Assembly (NCBI GenBank): GCA_017532725.1
Contig: JAFXIZ010000016.1
Coordinates: 43,317 to 107,316 of the forward strand
From: Bacteroidaceae bacterium
GTDB taxonomy: Bacteria; Bacteroidota; Bacteroidia; Bacteroidales; Barnesiellaceae_A
DNA length: 64,000 bases
Direction: 5' to 3'
Below are positions 9,885 through 17,719 of this stretch, piece by piece. Under the pieces are notes generated by a model. It was not told the origin of the DNA and did no database searches. It worked only from the letters and a program-made list of their open reading frames with translations. How positions within the stretch are numbered: position 1 is the stretch's first letter; every line of letters begins with the position of its first letter. The position numbers and the translations under genes were made by a program.

Positions 9885-9919
9885 CAAACAGTTTAACAAA
9901 TGGGCCATAGGAACAACGT

Positions 9920-12304
9920 ATGAAAAGAATTTATACAATTTTAATGGCAATGTGCTTTTGCGTGTTATGCTTAAATGCACAAGTCCTTTATTCAACAGAG
10001 TTTGCTACAGAGGAGGACTTTAAAGCGTGGACTGTACTCGATGTTAACGAGGATGGTTGTACTTGGACGTTCGATGACGCCGGTACTTATTCGAAAGTAT
10101 ATTATAATTATAATTCAACCAATGCAGCAAACGATTGGATAATATCTCCTGCCATAATCTCGAGCGAGGCAGGTACGTTGGCTGTCAGTTTCACTGTGCG
10201 AGGCAGTTCCTATGGCGAGAAGATGGAGGTGTTCTATGGTACACGTCCCACGGCCGATTATATGACCAATCGCGTTTCGGAAGAGTTGAGTCTTTTTGAT
10301 AATATAACCAGCCACCTATATCTTATAGATGTTAAGGCCAATCGTCCTGTCTATATCGGATTCCGTGCTTGTAGTGATGCCGATAAATTCCGTATTTATA
10401 TGTGTGGCGTGAAGGCACAATTTACTACCAACCCCGTCGATCTTACAGTATCGGATATTATGACACCTGTGAGTGACTTCAATCTTGCTCAAGAAACGGT
10501 TACTGTAAAGGTGAAAAACAGTGGAAAGGTGGATGTTTCATCTTTCGACCTTACGTTGGCTGTCAATGACAATGTAGTGGCAACCGAAACGGTTGCTCAA
10601 TCGTTGGCTGTCGGTGCCGAGATGGAATATACGTTCACAGCCAAGGCCGATTTGTCAGCACCTCGTGTTACGCACAATGTAGCAGTGTGGACAACTCACG
10701 CCGATGATGTAAATGTACCTAACGATACTTGTCGCGTAGATGTACTGCACAAGGCCGAGGCTTCGGTACCTTACTATATGGGATTTGAGGTGGGTGAGTA
10801 CGTTGAAGGAATGACTTACTTCAATCTTAATGAAGATGATGGCGATTGGGATATATATACCGACCCTTGGTGGAATCTTGCACATACAGGCGATTTCTGC
10901 CTTGCCTACAACTATAATAAGAATAACAATGCCGATGATTGGGCTATACTTGAGCCTATTAAGATACCTGAAGCAGGTTACTATGTGTTCCGTTTCTGGT
11001 ATTCGGGTGATGATACCCATCCCGAGAAGTTGCGCCTGTGCTACGGTAACGAGGCCAAACCCGAGGCTATGACCAACGAGGTTGTAGAGTATGCTCCGTT
11101 TGCTCGCAGTGCTTATGAAGAGTCTATTAATATTATCTATTTCGACGAGCCTCAAACGGTGTTCTTCGGTTTCTATGCCTTCAGTGACAAAGATGAGAAT
11201 TGGATGTGCATAGATGATATCTCGTTAGAGAAAGTGTCAAGCGAGTCGGTTGATCTTACCGTTAACGGTATTACAAACCCCAAAGAGTATGTACACGTAG
11301 GTTCTAAAAAATCAGTAAATTACAGTGTGCGCAGTTTGGGTATAAAAGATGCCGAAGCCACCCTTCGTGTAATGATAGATGACGTTGTTATTGAAGAAAA
11401 GACGTTGATAATGAAGGCTCAAGAGATTAAAGAGTGTACTATTGCCGATGTCTTGAGCAATCTTACAGCCGGTGAGTATACCCTCGTTGTTGAGGTGGCT
11501 TGTGCCGAGGACAATGTGATAGCCAATAATACCGATACCGTACATTTCCGAGTAATGGGCGAGCCTGCGAAGATGTGGAACTTTGAGGATGGTAAATTAC
11601 CTGCCGAATTTGTATTCCGAGTTGAAGATAGTGGAACAGTAAACCCCGGTGCCGGATCCGAGTTTAATGAAGAAGGTTGGGGATTGTTCAATATCCAAAA
11701 TCACGAGTTGTATGGTGAATACGTATTGGCAGGCGCAACTTGGCTCGACGGTGCGACTAAAGCCGACAGATGGTGTGTATTACCGGCCTATACTCCTACT
11801 GCAGATTCTTACCTTGTGTGGGATGCATCTTCATTCAATCCTGCATACCTCGAAACCTACTCGATTATGATATCGACCAATGGTGATGATCCGTTTTATT
11901 ACACTACTCACGAGGAGTTTTTTGCCGAAAGTTCCGATTTCAAAACTCGTGGTGTTTCCCTCGGCGAGTATGCTCAATTCGGTGCTACTATAAATGTGGC
12001 ATTCCGTTTGCGTTCGAAGAATTGCGAAGCTCTTATTCTTGACAATATTGCCCTATATGGTGGCGAGTTGGCCGGCGTGAAAGATGTCACTGTCAGCCCT
12101 GAGCCTCGTATCGTTGTCAAGGATAATATGATACAAGTTACAAGTAATGATGCAAAGGCTATCTTACTGTATGATATGAGTGGTCGCCTTGTAGCACAAG
12201 CATCAGGTGCGTATATGGTAGTCGATGGTGTGGCTGCCGGTGCCTATGTGGTGAAGGTGCTTACCGACGACGATGCATATTCAAGCAAGGTTATTATGAG
12301 ATAA
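9920..12304 (+). CDS. large secreted adhesin-like protein: three jelly-roll modules (choice-of-anchor-J / cleaved-adhesin-like), CARDB-like Ig domains, T9SS CTD
   Basis: Signal peptide MKRIYTILMAMCFCVLCLNAQ. Three modules carry the N(A)(N/D)DW(I/A)I(S/LE)P signature (NAANDWIISP, NADDWAILEP) and end in ...MCIDDISLEKV / ...LILDNIALYGG. Two CARDB-like segments begin DLTVSDIMTP... and VDLTVNGITNP... The C-terminus ILLYDMSGRLVAQASGAYMVVDGVAAGAYVVKVLTDDDAYSSKVIMR is a T9SS CTD. Confidence 0.75.
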   Translation: MKRIYTILMAMCFCVLCLNAQVLYSTEFATEEDFKAWTVLDVNEDGCTWTFDDAGTYSKVYYNYNSTNAANDWIISPAIISSEAGTLAVSFTVRGSSYGEKMEVFYGTRPTADYMTNRVSEELSLFDNITSHLYLIDVKANRPVYIGFRACSDADKFRIYMCGVKAQFTTNPVDLTVSDIMTPVSDFNLAQETVTVKVKNSGKVDVSSFDLTLAVNDNVVATETVAQSLAVGAEMEYTFTAKADLSAPRVTHNVAVWTTHADDVNVPNDTCRVDVLHKAEASVPYYMGFEVGEYVEGMTYFNLNEDDGDWDIYTDPWWNLAHTGDFCLAYNYNKNNNADDWAILEPIKIPEAGYYVFRFWYSGDDTHPEKLRLCYGNEAKPEAMTNEVVEYAPFARSAYEESINIIYFDEPQTVFFGFYAFSDKDENWMCIDDISLEKVSSESVDLTVNGITNPKEYVHVGSKKSVNYSVRSLGIKDAEATLRVMIDDVVIEEKTLIMKAQEIKECTIADVLSNLTAGEYTLVVEVACAEDNVIANNTDTVHFRVMGEPAKMWNFEDGKLPAEFVFRVEDSGTVNPGAGSEFNEEGWGLFNIQNHELYGEYVLAGATWLDGATKADRWCVLPAYTPTADSYLVWDASSFNPAYLETYSIMISTNGDDPFYYTTHEEFFAESSDFKTRGVSLGEYAQFGATINVAFRLRSKNCEALILDNIALYGGELAGVKDVTVSPEPRIVVKDNMIQVTSNDAKAILLYDMSGRLVAQASGAYMVVDGVAAGAYVVKVLTDDDAYSSKVIMR

Positions 12305-12329
12305 TAGAGTACCTATGATGAAACAGGTT

Positions 12330-12369
12330 GATTCCATTGCAACGTGAGTTGCGATGGAATCTTTTTTTT
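12330..12369 (+). terminator. intrinsic terminator after the 9920 cargo gene
   Basis: GATTCCATTGCAA pairs with TTGCGATGGAATC (13 bp, one G-U), followed by TTTTTTTTA. Confidence 0.65.
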
Positions 12370-12525
12370 ATAATAAATTGTGGGTGAATTGTGCACCTTG
12401 ACCCGCCTTTGCAATACGGCTTATACATAACACACCACCGGTGTGCGCCTGTCTTTTATGATACTACTTGTATCTGGCACACCACCGGTGGTGCGATTTT
12501 GTGATATCTTCTTATTGAATAGGGG

Positions 12526-13374
12526 TTATTCCTTTACAAATTTCATCATAGTCCAACGATTATCCTCGGCATAAGTTTCGTAACGCAATCCGTATCGGGC
12601 TGCCTCTTGACGTAGAATATCCATATCTTCGATGTAGAATCCACTCATAAATATTACCGAGCCGGTGTGCATATGAGCGGCATAGTTTGCCATATCGGCA
12701 AGGAGAATGTTACGGTTGATGTTGGCAAGGATATAGTCGAACGTTTCGCCTTCTTTGATAGCATCTGTTCCTCCCAAGCGTATATCGATGTCGGTGGTGT
12801 CGTTGAGTCGGATGTTTTCCAATGCGTTCTCGTAGGCAAACTCGTCGATGTCTATACCTGTAACATCGCACGCTCCGTGCTTGCGAGCGAGTATAGCGAG
12901 CAGTGCCGTGCCACAACCCATATCGAGTACTCGCTTGCCTGTAAGGTCAGAGCCGAGTATGGCGCGCAGCATATGGCAAGTCGTTTGGTGGTGACCTGTG
13001 CCAAACGCCATCTTGGGGTCGATAAGGATGTCGTAACGTGCTTGAGGTATGTCGGTGTGGAAGGTGCTGTGTATAACACATTGGTCGTCGATGACAATAG
13101 GTTGGAAGTAGTTCTTCTCCCACTCGGCATTCCAGTCCTCACCCTCTATTTTTACGGTGTCGTATGCAATCTTGTAGCCCTCTAAAGGAAATTCGCCAAC
13201 AACCTGTGCCAATGCTTGTGCATCGTAACTGTTGAGGGGAACGTATGCAGTCATTCCTTGTTCATCGGGAACAAAACTTTCAAACCCAATCTCGGCGAGC
13301 ATCGCTGCCAGGATGTCGGTGGCAACCTCCTCGGGAGGTGTTACGGTAAATGTTACTTGTGTGTAATCGTTCAT
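12526..13374 (-). CDS. prmA: ribosomal protein L11 methyltransferase
   Basis: Track ORF 12526-13608 trimmed to ATG at 13374 (MNDYTQVTFTVTPPEEVATDILAAMLAEIGFESF...). It has PrmA N-domain, FGTGHHQTT, the SAM motif VLDMGCGTALLAI and ILANI. The 78 upstream codons overlap the next gene and look non-coding. Confidence 0.85.
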   Translation of the reverse strand: MNDYTQVTFTVTPPEEVATDILAAMLAEIGFESFVPDEQGMTAYVPLNSYDAQALAQVVGEFPLEGYKIAYDTVKIEGEDWNAEWEKNYFQPIVIDDQCVIHSTFHTDIPQARYDILIDPKMAFGTGHHQTTCHMLRAILGSDLTGKRVLDMGCGTALLAILARKHGACDVTGIDIDEFAYENALENIRLNDTTDIDIRLGGTDAIKEGETFDYILANINRNILLADMANYAAHMHTGSVIFMSGFYIEDMDILRQEAARYGLRYETYAEDNRWTMMKFVKE

Positions 13375-13391
13375 ATAGGTATGTTTATATG

Positions 13392-13664
13392 TTATGTAAA
13401 TCGTTTTATAAGGCGTAAAGCCAACTGCACCCAACGCCAGCCCCGATTGAACATATCGAACAACGAAAAGCCGTGTGCCACGTTGCCCATTACAATCCCC
13501 GATATTGCCTTGACAATATTTTGTGGGCTGATGAGTTGCTGTGCTGCATCTATCAGGTACAACTCTTGTTGTGCAATGTCGGCCTCTATGCCTCGGCGAC
13601 GACGACACAACTCGTCGTATGTGAGTCGTTTCGGTGTATGTGACGGTAATAAAATATCAGCCAT
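13392..13664 (-). CDS. hypothetical small protein (third gene of a YtxH / holin-like / small-protein triad)
   Basis: 90-aa ORF with an ATG start, 14 nt after the upstream gene's stop. No motif I recognise. Confidence 0.45.
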   Translation of the reverse strand: MADILLPSHTPKRLTYDELCRRRRGIEADIAQQELYLIDAAQQLISPQNIVKAISGIVMGNVAHGFSLFDMFNRGWRWVQLALRLIKRFT

Positions 13665-13678
13665 ATTCAGTCCTATAT

Positions 13679-14032
13679 TTATTCTGTTTCATCACCTTCG
13701 TCGAGTATGCTGCGAGCCAATATGCGAGTGATAGGATTGAGCAACCATTGTTTCCTCTTGAGGTAGAGTAGTGCAACAAAGAGTATCGCTACGGCTCCCA
13801 TTATGGCGTAAGCACCTGCCGTACCTACATAAATGCGTAGCAAATGTACTAAAGAGAGTGAAAAATAGCAAATCGCAATGATGCCAAATATTGTGGCGAT
13901 TATCATAAATGCCACAGCAGCAATAAGATAACTTAATTTCTCAGTACCGAGAAATTTAATGTGCTGCAAGCGCAAGTCGATGTAGCGTTTCAACTCTACA
14001 ATGAGAGCCTCGGCCGACGATAGTTCTTCCAT
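13679..14032 (-). CDS. membrane protein of the phage holin-X-like (Phage_holin_3_6) type
   Basis: Preferred start is the ATG at 14032 (MEELSSAEALIVELKRYIDLRLQHIKFLGTEKLS...); an alternative ATG is at 14071. An amphipathic N-helix is followed by two TM helices and KRKQWLLNP, an architecture typical of the family annotated as phage holin family protein in Bacteroidales. Confidence 0.5.
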   Translation of the reverse strand: MEELSSAEALIVELKRYIDLRLQHIKFLGTEKLSYLIAAVAFMIIATIFGIIAICYFSLSLVHLLRIYVGTAGAYAIMGAVAILFVALLYLKRKQWLLNPITRILARSILDEGDETE

Positions 14033-14096
14033 AAATATTATATATAAAACGTATGGTAACCGAGCGACCATTCTTGATTACTCGGTTACCATAATG

Positions 14097-14309
14097 TTAC
14101 ATTTTGTCATCGACGATATTTTCGCCTTTCTCTATATTCTCTATCATTCGGTCAAACTCCTCCTTGCAGCAAGGCACGCCTTTTTTCTTCATCATTTGGC
14201 ATACTTGTGCGCGCATCTCTTTTCCGGAGCAGGGCGCAAATAGCAGAGCGGCAGTGGCACCCACAACAGCACCACCCAACATCACCAACAAACAGTCTAA
14301 TCCTTTCAT
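14097..14309 (-). CDS. YtxH domain-containing protein
   Basis: 70 aa. The N-terminal glycine-zipper TM (LVMLGGAVVGATAALLFAPCSGKEMR) followed by a charged helix fits the YtxH pattern. Confidence 0.55.
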   Translation of the reverse strand: MKGLDCLLVMLGGAVVGATAALLFAPCSGKEMRAQVCQMMKKKGVPCCKEEFDRMIENIEKGENIVDDKM

Positions 14310-14439
14310 CCTTATATAAAATTAGGGGTTATAAAAATGGTGGAGCATCGATATAACACGTTGCTCGAAGGTAATGTTTGAGGCGAATTGTGACTCTTAA
14401 CAAATATGTGGTTTGTTGCTATGCCTGCGTATAATTGTG

Positions 14440-15108
14440 TTAAAATGGTTTTATGGCGCGTAGTATCTCGCGTTTGCCTCCTAAGGGACCCGATATGCGC
14501 TCTACCGAGAAGCCTATCTCGGTCAACAATCGGCGTATGCTACCCTTGGCGCAATATGTGGTGAGTACCCCACCTCTGTTTAGGCTTTCGTATAATCGTC
14601 TGAAAGCCAATTCGCTCCACATATCGGGTTGTTTCTCGGGAGCAAAGGCATCGAAATAGACAATATCGATGTTGTGGGGCAGAGGGTCGCATAGATAGTC
14701 GGCTTGCCGTTTCTCCAAGGTGAAATAGGGCGTAATGGCCGTAGGAGTATCCCACGGTGCTGCGTGTATGGCATTAAACAACTCTGCGTCTATCCAACGG
14801 TCGTAACCCAGCGCACTGGCTGTTTGGGCATCGATGGGGTATTTTTCGAACGTTATATAATGAACAGGATGCAACGTGTCGGTAGCCATAGCAGTAACTG
14901 TGGCATTCAATCCGGTACCAAACCCCACCTCAAGCAGTCGCAACGGCAGCCCCTTGCTGCGATGTAGGAATGCACAATCGCGATATATGTGGTTCGACTC
15001 GGCGAGCGCGCCTTTTATCGAATGATAATGCTCGTCGAGCGACTTAACGTACAAGGTAGCCGAGCCGTCGGCTGTAATTTTAATCTCTATATCTTTTATA
15101 TCTTTCAT
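14440..15108 (-). CDS. mnmD: tRNA (5-methylaminomethyl-2-thiouridine)(34) methyltransferase MnmD-like
   Basis: Trimmed to ATG at 15108 (MKDIKDIEIKITADGSATLYVKSLDEHYHSIKGALAES...). It has the SAM motif LEVGFGTGLNA, then VYFDAFAPEKQPDMW, TYCAKGSIRR and GPLGGKREILRA. The minus-strand box TATCTTTG at 15127-15134 overlaps the longer track start. Confidence 0.8.
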   Translation of the reverse strand: MKDIKDIEIKITADGSATLYVKSLDEHYHSIKGALAESNHIYRDCAFLHRSKGLPLRLLEVGFGTGLNATVTAMATDTLHPVHYITFEKYPIDAQTASALGYDRWIDAELFNAIHAAPWDTPTAITPYFTLEKRQADYLCDPLPHNIDIVYFDAFAPEKQPDMWSELAFRRLYESLNRGGVLTTYCAKGSIRRLLTEIGFSVERISGPLGGKREILRAIKPF

Positions 15109-15290
15109 AGTTCTGTTTTTCCGATGCAAAGATAAGTGAACATTTATAAATTCTACTGAATTATTGAGCTTTAGTTGTGAGGTGTTTTTTATGCGATGTT
15201 GATAATCAGCAAAAAAGGTCTTTTAACATCAATGTGTGTTTAAACAGTGTTAAAAAATGTATAGTGGGGTAAATTTCACTTTTTTTTTAT

Positions 15291-15298
15291 TAAGTTTG
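15291..15298 (+). promoter_or_regulatory. -7 promoter box TAAGTTTG for the two-gene cargo operon
   Basis: Matches TAnnTTTG, 22 nt upstream of the ATG at 15321. Confidence 0.45.
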
Positions 15299-15320
15299 CC
15301 TATAATCTTTAGTCTAAATT

Positions 15321-17690
15321 ATGATGATGAAAAAATTTTTAGTTTTATCGTTGTTTATTGCACAATTTGTAATATTTACAGCGTCGGCTGTTGAGCCAAC
15401 AGTTGTTATTGATGAAGACTTCTCCCTCTTTACTGCGGGAAGTGAAGAAAATCCCGATGATAAAAGCATTACAACTTCATCCTTTTATGTAGAAAGTAAA
15501 TATACAAAAATACCCAAATGGATTGGTTATAATGTGTGTCAGGCAGGTGGCGTGTGTGCCCTTCTTGAGTATTTTCACCCTGATTTTGGTAAGGGTTATG
15601 GTTATATAAGTACGCCCGAAATGGAGTTGTATGGCGAAACAACCGTAACCTTCCGAGCCAGAAGAGCGCACAGCAATCCATCGAGTGGAGATTTGGATTT
15701 GGCCTTGTGCGACAATACATCGGGCCGTCTTGAAACAACCAACTTTACACTCGGTAATGAGTGGAAAGAATATACTTGGACTACCGACGAGGCTGTTTTC
15801 AATGACAAGTGTATATTCCAATTTACCCCTATGAGGGGCGAAATACTTCTTGACGATATCAAGGTGGTGCGAAAAAGAACTGTCCTTCCTGTTGTCGAAG
15901 TTGTAGAACCCGAGAACATCTCAACAACCGAGTTTAAAGCAAAATGGGTAGATAGTAAACTTAAAGGCAAGACAGGCTATTACTTAAGTGTGTACTATAA
16001 AGATTGGCCCGAAACAATAGTAGAACCCGGTTCGATTCTTTTTGATTGCGAAAGCCTCAATCTTGAGGCCGACAATAAAACCATCAATGATGAAAATCCC
16101 GGTTATCCTGAGGGTTGGACTATTGATGTAAGCACACAAGGCAAGAAAGATGTTTGCACCGAAGAGGGTAACCGTAATTCGGGTGATAAAGCTCTCAACT
16201 TTGATGCCGTTGGAGATTATATCTTGACATCCGAATCGCCCGCACCTATACACAAATTTTCTTTCTGGATTAAGCCCAGCACGATGGAAAGTGAGGATTA
16301 TGTTTTCTCATTGGTATGTGTGGAGGTGAAGAGTGGCGATGAGTGGACAGTTATTGCAGCCATCCCCAATTATTGGATGGAAGAAGAGGGTGGCTACTAT
16401 GTACTGGAGGGTGATGTCTTGGGCGACTATGTTACTCAGATAAGAATGAGTTGCACCTCTATAAACAAAGTGACTTTTGCCATAGACGACATTCAGATGG
16501 ACTATGCTTCTCAACAAGTTCCCTATGAACTTATCACCGATACCTTCGTGACAGAAAATTATTGTGTCGTGACCGATATAGATCCTACCAAGGAGCATTA
16601 TTATAATGTAAAGCAAACTGATGGAGAAGTAGTGTCGGCACCTTCAAAAGATATGTGGGTAGATGGATTGATAGGATTGGCTCCCACAACATTGCCCGCT
16701 ACCGATGTGTCTGAGACAGGATTTACTGCCAATTGGGAGAGATTGCCACACGCCGGTAACTACAAATTGTATGTAAACCAAGAGTACGAAACAAAGGTTG
16801 CCAATGAAGAGGTTGTTATCCTCTCGGAAGATTTCAACTCTATAAACAAAGGCACCCTAAATTCTCCATATAATCCCAATGAGAGTATATATAACCTTGC
16901 TGATAATAGCCTCGCTGAGTTTGATTGGATGTTGACAGCACCCTATATGGTGAAGGGTATGGCAGGTACACAAGGCTCGTCGGATTATTCTGCCGGATTG
17001 GTTATTTCACCTCAATTGATTTTGGGTAATAATCCTATTGCGGTTGACTTTACGCTGCATAACGTAGAGGCCAATGATGTGATATGGGTTATTGTAATGG
17101 AAGACTATACCGATTCTAAAGCTCTCTATGGGCTCTCTGTTGAGTGTGGCGAAGCATCAGGCTCTTTTAAAGGCTCTGTTGTATTCCCCAATATGGAACT
17201 TGGCGATAAACCCGTATATTTGGCATTTATGAGTCAAGTAGGTGCTTTCTTTATAGATGATGTGAAAGTTATCGCTTCTGTAGCGAAAGCCGGCTCGGTG
17301 GTAGAACGACCCTACAAACTATACTATACAGAAGAAAACAGTTTAGCCATTAGCAGAATACGCAAAGAGGCTCCTGTTTACAACTATAGTGTAATGGCTC
17401 GACGCACCAAAAACTTTATTGATTATGTATCGGAAATTTCCGATAAGACTCGCGTGCAATTGTACGACACAAGCGTCGATGCTGTTGCAAAAGATGATAA
17501 TGTGGTGTATGTATCGGGCAAGCAGTTGCACGCTGTCTTGGCGCAAGATGCTACAATCGAAGTTTACGACATAGCCGGTGTTAAAACTGCATCGGTTGAC
17601 GGTAAACAAGGCGACAATGTTATAGACCTCAATGCGGGTATCTATGTTGTAAGAATAGACAATAAAACATATAAATTAATAATCAAATAA
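15321..17690 (+). CDS. large secreted protein of unknown function: three jelly-roll-like modules separated by Fn3-like segments, T9SS CTD
   Basis: Signal peptide MMMKKFLVLSLFIAQFVIFTASA. Three modules end in ...EILLDDIKVV, ...VTFAIDDIQMDY and ...AFFIDDVKVI. Fn3-like linkers read EPENISTTEFKAKWVDS and LPATDVSETGFTANWERLPHAGNYKLYV. The C-terminus IEVYDIAGVKTASVDGKQGDNVIDLNAGIYVVRIDNKTYKLIIK is a T9SS CTD. Confidence 0.7.
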   Translation: MMMKKFLVLSLFIAQFVIFTASAVEPTVVIDEDFSLFTAGSEENPDDKSITTSSFYVESKYTKIPKWIGYNVCQAGGVCALLEYFHPDFGKGYGYISTPEMELYGETTVTFRARRAHSNPSSGDLDLALCDNTSGRLETTNFTLGNEWKEYTWTTDEAVFNDKCIFQFTPMRGEILLDDIKVVRKRTVLPVVEVVEPENISTTEFKAKWVDSKLKGKTGYYLSVYYKDWPETIVEPGSILFDCESLNLEADNKTINDENPGYPEGWTIDVSTQGKKDVCTEEGNRNSGDKALNFDAVGDYILTSESPAPIHKFSFWIKPSTMESEDYVFSLVCVEVKSGDEWTVIAAIPNYWMEEEGGYYVLEGDVLGDYVTQIRMSCTSINKVTFAIDDIQMDYASQQVPYELITDTFVTENYCVVTDIDPTKEHYYNVKQTDGEVVSAPSKDMWVDGLIGLAPTTLPATDVSETGFTANWERLPHAGNYKLYVNQEYETKVANEEVVILSEDFNSINKGTLNSPYNPNESIYNLADNSLAEFDWMLTAPYMVKGMAGTQGSSDYSAGLVISPQLILGNNPIAVDFTLHNVEANDVIWVIVMEDYTDSKALYGLSVECGEASGSFKGSVVFPNMELGDKPVYLAFMSQVGAFFIDDVKVIASVAKAGSVVERPYKLYYTEENSLAISRIRKEAPVYNYSVMARRTKNFIDYVSEISDKTRVQLYDTSVDAVAKDDNVVYVSGKQLHAVLAQDATIEVYDIAGVKTASVDGKQGDNVIDLNAGIYVVRIDNKTYKLIIK

Positions 17691-17719
17691 CATTAGTATT
17701 AACTCAAAATTGTAAAGTT

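Noticed and set aside
8697-12525. Possible genomic island integrated at tRNA-Pro (DUF3784-like gene, Crp-family gene, adhesin-like cargo)
   Set aside because: I found no integrase and no direct repeat of the tRNA 3' end (GTTCGAGTCTTCTCACCCCGA) downstream. The accessory nature cannot be judged from one window.
13375-13608. N-terminal 78-codon extension of the prmA ORF (track 12526-13608)
   Set aside because: The extension overlaps the upstream small gene and reads as Arg/Cys/Thr-rich nonsense. PrmA homologs begin at the MNDYTQVTF-type start (ATG at 13374).
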